A stretch of 64,000 bases of DNA from Octopus sinensis (taxonomy: Eukaryota), in the NCBI RefSeq assembly GCF_006345805.1, contig NC_043003.1, positions 48,484,001-48,548,000 of the forward strand, written 5' to 3'. The position numbers and the translations under genes were made by a program. Positions 47,833 to 61,012 of the stretch are shown piece by piece. The notes below the pieces were generated by a model. The model made no database searches. It was given only the letters and a program-made list of their open reading frames with translations, and was not told the DNA's origin. The number at the start of each line of letters is the position of its first letter. The first letter of the stretch is position 1.

Positions 47833-48075
47833 ATATTAATTAGAGACAAAACCACTATTTTGCAAAACAAACAAGGAAAGACTTAATCAATACATAAAAT
47901 TTTAATAAAAAGTAAAAAAAACGCCACTACAATTGTTTCATGTCTTGAACGACAATCTTCAGGTGGATTTCCGATTTTCAAATCAGTTTCAATTGAAACT
48001 GATTTTATGTATTGATTAAGTCTTTCCTTGTTTGTTTTGCAAAATAGTGGTTTTGTCTCTAATTAATATTATATA
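47827..48075. mobile_element. Fold-back element: perfect 74-bp arms enclosing a hammerhead motif
   Basis: Arms 47827-47900 and 48002-48075. Confidence 0.85.
47924..47966 (-). ncRNA. Minimal type I hammerhead ribozyme motif
   Basis: CCAC CTGAAGA T TGTC GTTCAA GACA T GAA AC AATT GT A GTGG: stem I CCAC/GUGG, stem II UGUC/GACA, palindromic ACAAUUGU, cleavage triplet GUA. Confidence 0.7.
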
Positions 48076-48152
48076 ATATTTTACTATAAAATTGGATTTA
48101 ATCCTAAATCTGATTTTTTCCCTGTAAATTTGGATTTATTCCCTAATATTTA

Positions 48153-48199
<47 letters not shown>

Positions 48200-48308
48200 C
48201 ATACATGCACACATATATACATATATATCTAATATAGAATAAAATTTTCAAAAAAAATTTTATCAGTGGCCAGCATATTTAAAATACCTTTTAAGGTGAA
48301 AATTATAA

Positions 48309-48485
48309 ACAACTTATAAATAAGGGCAAAAGAAAAAAATTTCTTATGTGAAATATGCTAAGAAATAGACTTTAAATTGTCATATAACCACATATAATTA
48401 TATGTGATTATATGCTGATTTAATGTCTATTTCTCCAAATTTTTGGCATAAGAATCTTTTTCTTCTGCCTTTATTTATAAGTTGT
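48309..48485. repeat. Diverged fold-back, about 87-bp arms, 2-nt loop
   Basis: Arms 48309-48396 and 48399-48485, roughly 80% complementary by eye. Confidence 0.8.
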
Positions 48486-49160
48486 ATATACATATATATA
48501 TATATATATATACATAGACGTATATACGTCTTAATATATATATCCATATATATATATACATATATATATACACACAAAATATATATACATATATACACAC
48601 ACACATATATATGCACACAGTACAGACACACATACATATATACATGGCAGGCGTCTTTCAGTTTCCTTCAGCCAAATGCACTCATAAGGCTCTGGCTGTC
48701 TTGAGTTTATAGGAGAAGATACTTGCCCAAGGTGCCACACAGTGAGATTGAACCTGGAACCATGTGATTGGGAAGTAAGCTTCTTACCACACAGCCACAC
48801 CTGCTTCTAATGTTACATGTTTTTTAAAGTTATCACTTAATATATTCTTACTCTGAAATTCTGAATGTTAATATGATTTTGAAAAGCTCTACAACATAAC
48901 AACATTAGTAGCAGAAGATAAAGTAAGCATCTAATTAACCATTAATTTTCATATAAGCCTACTCGCTCAAGAACACACAATCAGTGGCAGGATATGAAAT
49001 TTTGGGTTCAAGGTCAGCAAAGTCCAACAACCTGTTCACCCACACCCAAATACCATGCTCATTTCCATTACTACCACTACTATCAAAATCACAACCATCA
49101 CCACTGCTACATACATTATCATCATCATCATTATTATTATTACTATTATTATTATTATTA

Positions 49161-49628
49161 AGGTGGCAAGCTGGCAGAATCGTTAGTGTGCTGGACAAAA
49201 TGCTTAGTGGTATTTCGCCTGTCAAGAGGTAGTGTGGCGAGCTGGCAGAAATGTTAGCACGCCGGGCGAAATGCGTAGCCGTTTTTCCTCTGCCGTTACG
49301 TTCTGAGTTCAAATTCCGCCGAGGTTGACTTTGCCTTTCATCCTTTTGGAGTCGATTAAATAAGTACCAGTTACGCACTGGGGTCGATATAATCGACTTA
49401 ATCCGTTTGTCTGTCCTTGTTTGTCCCCCTCTGTGTTTAGCCCCTTGTGGGTAGTAAAGAAATAGGTATTTCGCCTGTCGCTACATTCTGAATTCAAATT
49501 CTGCCGAGGCTGATTTTGCCTTTCAGTCTTTCGGGATCAATAAATTAAGTACCAGTGAAACACTGGAGTCAATATAATTGGCTAGGCTCTGCCCAACAAA
49601 TTTGATCCATTGTGCCTTGAGTAGAAAG
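49161..49628 (+). mobile_element. SINE family B tandem (partial, full young copy, partial)
   Basis: Heads at 49161 and 49235; second body begins GGTATTTCG at about 49464; ends in (TAT)n. Confidence 0.85.
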
Positions 49629-49629
49629 G

Positions 49630-49679
<50 letters not shown>

Positions 49680-49900
49680 CAACAACCTCATCTTTCACAC
49701 CATCACACCACAGCTACCATTTTGACTGCTGTCATCTTGTTGTCACCAGCTGGGTTGGTTGGTTGCTTGGCGCTGTCATTATTGCTGTTGCTACCACCAC
49801 CAACATCATCATCATCATCAGCAGCACCACCACCATCAGCAGTACCACCACCATCAGCAGTACCACCACCACCTCCTCCTCCTCATTTATTGTTACCTCC
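49629..49900. repeat. (TAT)n and (CAC/CAT/CAG)n arrays
   Basis: Visible; source of ORFs 49578-50141. Confidence 0.9.
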
Positions 49901-50784
49901 TACCACCTGTCTCAGTTTGCAGCTATGACTCCCACTTTCCTTCTATTCCTCTTTGTTCTTCACTGTCAACGTCATCATCACTCATAACCTACCACCAGCA
50001 CCTCTCCTTCCAAAAACTCAGGTCATTGTTTTTGCTCCTGTCCCTCTTTCTCCTCCTCATTTCCATCATCACCGACATCACCATCATCAGCTCCATGGAA
50101 CAAGAGGTCAAAAAGTAAACCCCATACTTTTGACATGTTAGAGTTTGTGTGTCATCAGGAAATGCTTAATTGGCTGAAGAGAAAAACACTTACAAGCACA
50201 GTAGAAGAGAAAACACTATGGCCATACAGAGAGAGACGATGCACTACTGTGAAGCTATGTGCACTGTCCAAACAGTAGATCAGAAGATAAAACCCAATGA
50301 GTACTTAACTGTCACAAAAGAACAGACATCCTGAGATACAGAGCTAGAAATAGATAGATGGATAGATAGATAGATACATATGAAAATGGCCAGTAATGCA
50401 TTTGTGAGAATAAATTCGTTCAGTCAGGTCACTGTTGTTATCTCCCTTTCATTCAGCCTCTTTCTTCTGGCTATTTCATCATGTTGAACCGTTAATCCCT
50501 ACAAAAACTACTTTTTCTTTCTCGTTTTCCTTTTCCTTTCAATTCTTTCTTCCAAAGAGCATAGGCTCGAAATGTAAAAGACTTTCCCATTCTTCCCGAG
50601 CATTAAATTAATACACCTGCTTGTTGTTCCTACACTAGTCTTCACCTTTTGTTTTCAGTGAATTTGAACTAGATAGATAGATAGATAGAGAAATAGAAAG
50701 AAAAGGAGATAAATATAAATGGATAACAAGGGAGATAAATATAGAGGTAGATAGATAGATGGATAGATTGATAGATAGGTGTTA

Positions 50785-51133
50785 ATAATGCTGGAGAACC
50801 ACTTTTAGTCGAACAAATCGACCTCAGGACTAATTCTTTGTAAACCTAGAACTTATTCTATTGATCTCTCTTGCCAAACTGCTAAGTTACAGGGACATAA
50901 ACACACCAGCATCAGTTGTCAAGCAAGGGTGGGGGACAAACACAGACACACAAACACATACACATTTATATTTATGGTGGGCTTCTTTCAGTTTCCTTCT
51001 ACCAAACCCAATCACAAGGCTTTGGTTGGCCTAAGGCTACAGTAGAAGACACTTGCCCAAGATGCCACGCAGTGGGACTGAACCCAGAACCATGTGGTTG
51101 GTAAGCAAGCTACTTACCACACAGCCACTCCTG
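50785..51133 (-). mobile_element. SINE family A
   Basis: Family match. Confidence 0.85.
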
Positions 51134-52149
51134 ATATATATATATATTTATACATACACATTATCATCGTCATCATCTTTTAGCATCCATTTTCCATGTT
51201 GGTATGGACAGGACATTTTAGCCAGAGATAGCAAGCCGGAGAGCTGCACCAGCTTCCAGTTTGATTTGGCTTGGTTTCTACAGCTGGATGCCCTTCATAA
51301 CACTAACCACTTTACCGTGTGCCAGGTGCTTTTAATGTGGCACCAGTATGAGCACTTTCATGTGGTGCTGGCACAAGTGCTTTTTGCATGGCACTAGCAT
51401 GACAGACTTCTTTCAGTTTCTGTCAACCAAAGCCACTCATAAGTCTCTGATATACCTAGGGCTATAAAAGAGGCTTGCCCAAGTTTCTACACAGCAGGAC
51501 TGAACTTGAAATCATGTGGGTGGGAAGCAAGTTTCTTAACCACACCTGCACCTGGTCACCAATACTTCATACATAAATGAAATAACATTGTTGTATGCTA
51601 GTCTTATTGCTTAACCCTTTCAAATTTAAACCAGCCCAAATATTGCGCCAGTGTACCAGTTCACACCATCCAAATCTTGCTCTCACACCTATCCTACAAT
51701 GTCATTCTAAAAATAGACAATCACATCATTGAGATAATAATGCATGATTAATTCAAAATGATGTAAATAAAAATTAGATTTGACACAGAAATCTGAATGC
51801 TAAGGGATTGAAAATTGTATTTTAAATTTCCTGTTTGTTGGTTGTTTAATTAAATGATGATGATGATGTGTAAACTCTAATTACTGAAAAAACAGAATGC
51901 AGGCAATTAATTCACTTGCACAAAATTGCCAGGTGGTAAATGCAATGAAACGAGTCGGGAACCCTTGTTCTAAACAGTCACTTAATTTGGTAGAAACAGC
52001 AGTCAAATCTCCCTCAAATGACACCCTACTGAATTAAGAAAGGAAGGCAATGTAATAACTGTAAGTAGGCATAAAGACTAGATGATTTTTTTGATAAGTC
52101 TACTCTGTCAGGCCTGACCTGGAGTTAAGCAACAAATACATATAGCTGA

Positions 52150-52982
52150 TTGCGCTGGTATGGTTACATGTTGCGTATGAATGAGGACAGTTGTGTGAAA
52201 AAGTGTCACAGCCTAGCAGTAGAGGAAACCTGTGGAAGAGGTAGAACCAGGAAGACCTGGGATGAGGTGTTGAAGCATGACCTTTGAACGTTGGGCCTCA
52301 TGGAGGTGATGACTAGCGACTGAGACCTTTGGAGTTATGCTATGCTTGAGAAGGCCCAGCAAGCCAAGTGAGACCATAACCATGGCCTATGCCAGTGCAG
52401 AATAACCGGCCCATTTAAGAGTACCCGTCAATCATTGGGCAATGAACTGCACTTGCGAAGACCTGTTGAGTCAAGTGAAGTCATTGTTGTGGCTGATGCC
52501 AGTACTGCCTGATTGGCACCCATGCCAATGGCACATAAAAAGCACTATTTGAGCATGGTCGATACCAGTGCCACCTGATTGGCACCCATGCCAATGGCAC
52601 ATAAAAAGCACCATTCGTGCATGGTCGATACCAGTGTCGCCTGACTGGTCCTGTGCTGGTGGCATGTAAAAAGCACCATTCGAGAATGGACATTGCCAGT
52701 GCAACCTGATTGGCTCCTGTGCTGGTAGCATGTAAAAAACTCCATTCAAGTGGGATTGATGCCAGTACTGTCTGACTGGCCCTCATGCCGGTGGCATGTA
52801 AAAAGCACCCACTGCACTCTTGGAGTGGCTGGCATTAGGAAGGGCATCAAGCTGTAGAAACTTTGTCAGATCAGATTGGAGCTTGGTGCAGCCTTCTGGC
52901 TTGCCAACTCTCAGTCATTCATCTAACCTGTGCTAGCATGGAAAGCAGACTTTAGACGACGATGATGATGAAGATGATGAGA
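52150..52982 (+). mobile_element. 5'-truncated RTE LINE: ORF C-terminus, 3' UTR with about 5 tandem units, (GAT)n tail
   Basis: LRWYGYMLRMNEDSCVKKCHSLAVEETCGRGRTRKTWDEVLKHDL*TLGL matches the RTE C-terminal RLRW.GHV.RM...RGR..KTW pattern. Confidence 0.88.
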
Positions 52983-53277
52983 TATATATTAAAAGATGAC
53001 TCCATCAGTCATGAATGACCATGTGTGCACCTAAGAGGTTCTCCCTCCAGGTTGGTTTATGGAAGACCAGCAGTCACCCATGCATACCAGCCTCCTCTCT
53101 CTATGCCACCGATGTTATCCAAGGGAAAGGCAAAGGTCGATACAGCTTGGCAACAGTGATGTTGTAACTCATTTCTACAGCTGAGTGAACTGGAGCAATG
53201 TGAAATTGTTTATGTCCTCCTTCTTCCAGTGATTGAATTGATGATATATATATATATATATATATATGGGATGAGAC

Positions 53278-53848
53278 ATGGGATGAGGTGGTCAAGCATG
53301 ACCTTCAAACGTTGGGCCTCACAGAGGCAATGACAAAAGACTGAGACCTCTGGAGATATGCTTTGACTGCAAAGACCCGACAATAAAGTGAGTTCATGGC
53401 TATATCCTACACCAGCTTCACACAACCAGCCCCAGCCCATTCAAAGTACCTTGGATTGCAGGACGGCCTGCTATGCTTACCTTGGATTGTGGGTTGACCT
53501 ACTGTGCTTGAGGAGACCTATTGAATCAAGTACATCAACATCAACATCAAAATAAAAATTAAATGGAAATTGTAGTTATGATACCTGTGCCAGTGGCATG
53601 TAAAAAGCACCAACTGATCGTGGCCGTTGCCAGCCTCCTCTGGCCCTTGTGCCGGTGGCACATAAAAAGCACCCACTACACTCATGGAGTGGTTGGCGTT
53701 AGGAAGGGCACCCAGCTGTAGAAACACTGCCTGATCAGACTGCAGCCTGGTGCAGTATCCTGGCTTCCAAGACCCTGGTTGAACCATCCAACCCATGCTA
53801 GCATGGAAAACAGACATTAAACGATGATGATGATGATGATGATGATGA
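53278..53848 (+). mobile_element. 5'-truncated RTE LINE, second subfamily
   Basis: TWDEVVKHDLQTLGLTEAMTKD*DLWRYA then the same tail. Confidence 0.85.
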
Positions 53849-55327
53849 TATATATCATCAAATATTTGCTGAACAGCCTGCACAGATGATTTGTTTATAG
53901 TAAATAAAATGCTTGTCCTGAACATTACCTCATTCCTTCCATCAAATTGACATTGACATGTGGCATGTAGCAGGGTATGCCACATGCCACATGTCAAAGT
54001 GATTGCAGAGTAATGTGAAATGAAGTGCCTTGCCCCAGAACACAATGCACCACTAGTCCAGTAACTGAAACCACATCACACTAAGCACTAGGCCACATGT
54101 CTTTACACATACACATCAACAACAACAACAACATCCACATCAATAACTTCAATTTTAATTCTTCCAGGGTCAATAAATTAATTACAAGTCAATTACCAAT
54201 CATAAGGACATAATAAAATTAATTATATCTTGCCCCTTGCTACGTCTATAAATTTGAGGCTGTGGGCAGAAATGGTAGAGTACTAGATGACATACCTTAT
54301 AGTATTTAATTACATACCTCAATATTCTCAATGCCAGGTGAGAATTCTGCCCTTCAGCTTTCTTGGGAGATTTAATAAACTACAAGCCAGTTGTTGTTGT
54401 TTAGCCCCCGTCTAGTGCAGATTCAATAGCCCTATGGTCAAAGGTATTCCATAGCTGGAATCAATCATGACTTTCCAGATATCATCATCATCAGTCAACA
54501 TCTGTTTTCCATGCTGGCATGGGCTGGACGATTTGACCAGAGCTAGTAAACTGGAGAGCTATACCAAGTTCCAGCCTAACTTAGCTTGGTTTCTATGACT
54601 GGATGTCCTTCCTAATGCCAACCACTTTACAGCATATGCTGGGTGCTTTTCATGTAGACTGGCATGGGTGCTTTTTATGTGAACCAGTACATTAGTATAT
54701 TTGGGTTACATTATCTTATGTTGTCCTTCCCTTTTTATATATGTAGGGTGTTATTTTAAAGATATTTGGTTATTTCTAGCTGAATGACCTTGCAGAGGCT
54801 CACTTGTTATTTTCTATCAGTAATCCAATGAACTGTGTTTACCAATAAAACTTGTTGCTTTATTGCCAGAGTTAGAAAGGAGCCACTCCCTCAGTTATAG
54901 GGGCCACTTCAGGACCTTAACATTGCAAGTAATGAGGCAATCATCACTGGTGTTGATGCCATTAAAAAGCAATCCAGTTCACTCTGTAAAGTGGTGGACA
55001 TTAGGATGGGTATACAGCAGTAAAAATACTAGACCATGATGCAGTCCTCCAACTCATCAGATCCCATCAATCTTCCAAACGATGCCAGCATGAAAGGCAG
55101 GCATTAAATGATGATGACAATGATGATGACAATGATGATAACGATGATGATGATGATGTTGTTGCTTACATATCTAACGTTAATTATATTTAGACAACAG
55201 ATCAAACAAAGGCACTTCTCAACCCATATTAATTTTCATGGACAGCACTACCATCTTTTACACATGCACACACACACACATGCATGCATTTACACACACA
55301 CACACACACACACTCACACACACACAC

Positions 55328-55937
55328 AACAGTGGTTCCAGAAATTCTGAGCCAGAAACTACAGCCTAGAAGATGAGCCTTGTCATGAAAGATGTGTAGA
55401 GTTCAATGAGGACGTCCTGCAAACCCTGGCGGAATGAAATCCCATCATAACTGTTGAAGAACTAGCAGAGAAGCTTGGATTTAGTCATTTAACCATTCAT
55501 CAACACTTGCATGCCATTGGAAAAGTCAGCAAATTGGGTCAATGGGTTTCTCAAAAAAATTTCCGAGTCTAATGTTAGGCCACATACAGCAAGGATGACA
55601 TTCCAAAGGCTGGAGCAGTTTCAATGGGAAACGATGCCCCACCCACCATATTTGCCAGACATTGCCCTATCTCATTATCATTTATTCTGTGGTCTTCAAA
55701 ATCATTTGGATGGAAAAAATATGAATTCTGTAGATGAGGTCAGAACAGTACTGGAGGAGTAGTTTTCCTCATGGACAAGTAAATTTTGGAAGAGGGGGTC
55801 TTGCAAGACTACCAAATAGAAGAGCATTGTAGAAATTGAAGGAGAGTATATTTTTGATTAAAATAGAACTTTGCTTATCTTGATTTTGTAAAATAAAAGA
55901 CGTATAAAAAATCTGCATTATTTATTGGATGACCCAA
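55328..55937 (+). pseudogene. Mariner relic with internal deletion and right TIR
   Basis: SLEDEP...TVEELAEKLG...HLHAIGKVSKLGQWV joined to NVRPHTA...HPPYLPDIALSHYHLF; end ATTTATTGGATGACCCAA. Confidence 0.9.
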
Positions 55938-56469
55938 AACTTATATAATATATTTACACCCATAAATAGACATGGGTAACTTTCTGAGATATATGTAAAT
56001 ATACTTGGCTGAATCATCATTAATTGTACAGTTATCAAAACACAAAGAAAGATTTGACCTGAGAACCACGATTATTCACAAACATTTTATTCTAATAAAC
56101 ACACACAAACACAGACCTGTATGTGCCAACACGTATACAGACACAACTCAGACCCATACAAACAAGATACTGGAATTGCATTTGTCAAAGCAACAAATTG
56201 CTGGAATATTACTGACACACATACTAAAATATACATTAAAAGTGATAGAATGTGTTACTTCAACAGAAACAGTTTATAATGTCAACACATAACAAAACAC
56301 AATTGCTAGTTAGTTAGTTTCCCCACTTTATTCAATTGAATTCATGAGGGTTTCTAAGTAATGAATGTGTTTATGGAGATGTGATTTGCTGTACTTCATA
56401 AAACAAGCCAAGGCCAAGCTAAGCAAAAATCACTGTCTTCCACATACAAGCTTGTCCTTTCAGGTGCTC

Positions 56470-59143
56470 GTACCACACAAAAAGCACCAGTATTTCATAT
56501 ATGTACCACACAAAAAGCACCAGTGTTGTATACATGTACCACACAAAAAGCACCAATGTTGCATACATGTACCACACAAAAAGCACCAGTGTTGCATACA
56601 TGTACCACACAAAAAAGCACCAGTGTTGCATACATGTACCACACAAAAAGCACCAGTGTTGCATACATGTACTACACAAAAAGCACCAGTGTTGCATACA
56701 TGTACCACAAATAAAGTGCCAGTGTTGCATACATGTACCACAAAAAAGCACCAGTGTTGCATACATGTATCATAGAAAAATCACCAGTGTTGCATACATG
56801 CACCACACCAAAAGCACCAGTGTTACATACATGTACCACACAAAAATCACCAGTGTTGCATACATGTACCACCCAAAAAGCGCCATTGTTGCATACATGT
56901 ACCACACAAAAAACGCCAGTGTTGCATACATGTACCACACAAAAAGCACCAGTGTTGCATACATGTACCACACAAAAATCACCAGTGTTGCATACATGTA
57001 CCACACAAAAAGCGCCAGTATTGCATACATGTACGACACAAAAACCACCAGTGCTGCATACATGTACGACACAAAAAGCGCCAGTGCTGCATACATGTAC
57101 CACACAAAAAAGCACCAGTGTTGCATACATGTACCACAAAAAAAGCACCAGTGTTGCATACATGTACCACAAAAAAGCACCAGTGTTGCATACATGTACC
57201 ACACAAAAAGCACCAGTGTTGCATACATGTACCACACAAAAAGCACCAGTGTTGTATACATGTACCACACAAAAAGCACCAGTGTGGCACACATGTATCA
57301 CACAAAAAGCACCAGTGTTGCATACATGTACCACACAAAAAGCACCAGTCTTGCATACATGTACCACACAAAAAGCGCCAGTATTGCATACATGTACGAC
57401 ACAAAAACCACCAGTGCTGCATACATGTACGACACAAAAAGCGCCAGTGCTGCATACATGTACCACACAAAAAGTGCCAGTGCTGCATACATGTACCACA
57501 CAAAAAGTGCCAGTGCTGCATACATGTACCACACAAAAAGCACCAGTGTTGCATACATGTATCATAGAAAAATCACCAGTGTTGCATACATGTACCACAC
57601 AAAAAGCACCAGTGTTGCATACATGTACCACACAAAAATCACCAGTGTTGCATACATGTACCACACAAAAAGCACTAGTGTTGCATACATGTACTACAAA
57701 AAGCACCAGTGTTGCATACATGTACCACACAAAAAGCACCAGTGTAACATACATGTACCACACAAAAAGCACCAGTGTAACATACATGTACCACATAAAA
57801 AAGCACCAGCGTTGCATACATGTACCACATAAAAAAGCACCAGCATTGCATACATGTACCACACAAAAAGCACCAGTGTTGCATACATGTACCACACAAA
57901 AAGCACCAGTGTTGTATACATGTACCACACAAAAAGCACCAGTGTGGCACACATGTATCACACAAAAAGCACCAGTGTTGCATACATGTACCACACAAAA
58001 AGCACCAGTCTTGCATACATGTACCACACAAAAAGTGCCAGTGTTGCATACATGTACCACACAAAAAGCACCAGTGCTGCATACATGTACCACACAAAAA
58101 GTGCCAGTGCTGCATACATGTACCACACAAAAAGTGCCAGTGCTGCATACATGTACCACACAAAAAGCACCAGTGTTGCATACATGTACCACACAAAAAG
58201 CACCAGTGTTGCATACATGTATCATAGAAAAATCACCAGTGTTGCATACATGTACCACACAAAAAGCACCAGTGTTGCATACATGTACCACACAAAAATC
58301 ACCAGTGTTGCATACATGTACCACACAAAAAGCACCAGTGTAACATACATGTACCACATAAAAAAAGCACCAGCATTGCATACATGTACCACACAAAAAG
58401 CACTAGTGTTGCATACATGTACCACAAAAAGCACCAGTGTTGCATACATGTACCACACAAAAAGCACCAGTGTAACATACATGTACCACACAAAAAGCAC
58501 CAGTGTAACATACATGTACCACATAAAAAAGCACCAGCGTTGCATACATGTACCACATAAAAAAGCACCAGCATTGCATACATGTACCACATAAAAAAGT
58601 GCCAGTGTTGCATACATGTACCACACAAAAAGCACTAGTGTTGCATACATGTACCACAAAAAGCACCAGTGTTGCATACATGTACCACACAAAAAGCACC
58701 AGTGTTGCATACATGTACCACATAAAAAAGCACCAGTGTTGCATACATGTACCACATAAAAAAGTGCCAGTGTTGCATACATGTACCACACAAAAAACAC
58801 CAGTGTTGCATACATGTACCACACAAAAAGCACCAGTGTTGCATACATGTACCACACAAAAAGCACCAGTGTTGCATACATGTACCACACAAAAAGCACC
58901 AGTGTTGCATACATGTACCACACCAAAAGCACCAGTGTTGCATACATGTAACACACAAAAAGCACCAGTGTTGCATACATGTACCACACAAAAAGCACCA
59001 GTGTTGCATACATGTAACACACAAAAAGCACCAGTGTTGCATACATGTAACACACAAAAAGCACCAGTGTTGCAAACATGTACCACACAAAAAGCGCCAG
59101 TGTTGCATACATGTACCACACAAAAAGCACCAGTGGTGCATAC
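56470..59143 (+). repeat. 33-bp minisatellite, about 81 units (GTACCACACAAAAAGCACCAGTGTTGCATACAT), inside an RTE 3' UTR
   Basis: Visible tandem array; continues into RTE tail 59144-59350. Confidence 0.97.
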
Positions 59144-59863
59144 TTGCACCTATACCAGTGCTGCATAAATACACCCATGCCAGTGACATGTAAAACACGT
59201 CCAGGACACTCTTAAGTGGTTGGCATTAAGAAGGGCATCAAGCTGTAGAAACCATGCTACAATAGAATATTGGAGTCTGGACATCTCCCAGCTATCCAGT
59301 TCCATGTCAAACTATCTAACCCATACCCACATGGAAAGTGGACAGTAAACAAAGCAGCTATGAGCCCACGAAATTAGGGATGCTCAGTTGGAGACAGTTG
59401 CAGGAGATGAGCCTGTGTTTCTTCTTTATATGTATAAAGAAGGAATAACACTATATGATGGCCAATGTTATTTCTTCTTTAAGTTTAAGTTACAAAGCTG
59501 AATAAATGGAGAGGAGTCAGAACAAGATGCAATCTCCAAGTGGTTTAAATCCCAAGTTTCCCATATCCAGGTGGCTAGAAAGTGACAGCAGATGGGACCT
59601 GGATACAGCCTGTCCTCCTTAGAATATAAGGAGACAAGGGCTGAAACACTTGCCTAAGGGAGTTTCTTCTCAAAAAAACCTTCAGCTGTTTAGCCCTCTG
59701 AAGTTTCTTACCACTATATGTCTATATATAACAACCAATTATGATCACACACACACACACACATATAATAACAAAGGGTAAAATTAATTAATTAAGAAGT
59801 AATCAGTAATTTCACCAAGTAGAATTCGGCACGAAAAAGACCATTTCATGGTAAGCTTAAGTA

Positions 59864-60111
59864 ATACTTTATAATTAGGGTTCAGCAGAGATTTGCTTCA
59901 CCACATACCGAAGTTTAGAAATAGCAGTCAAAAAATCTTAGCTATTCCTTCTACTTTAAAAGGGGCTCCCTGCGTGGATTGTTTTCAAGTACTTTGGTTT
60001 TTCTGGGAGCCCCTGTTAAAGTAGAAGGAGTAGCTAAGATTTTTTGACTGCTATTTCTAAACTTCGGTATGTGGTGAAGCAAATCTCTGCTGAACCCTAA
60101 TTATAAAGTAT
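59864..60111. repeat. Fold-back: 107-bp inverted arms (2 mismatches), 34-nt spacer
   Basis: Arms 59864-59970 and 60005-60111. Confidence 0.95.
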
Positions 60112-60121
60112 ATATACATAT

Positions 60122-60187
<66 letters not shown>

Positions 60188-60194
60188 TATATAT

Positions 60195-60860
<666 letters not shown>

Positions 60861-60898
60861 TGTTCATCTATTTTGATTTGTTTTGATTTGATTTGATT

Positions 60899-60934
<36 letters not shown>

Positions 60935-61012
60935 TACCAGAGTAAGCACATAAATGTGAAACAAGGTGGAGAAAATAGTACTTGAATACCAGAGGTACAG
61001 TAATAAGCTTTG

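Noticed and set aside
56470-59143. CRISPR-like regular array
   Set aside because: Units are contiguous with no unique spacers, no cas genes, and the context is eukaryotic.
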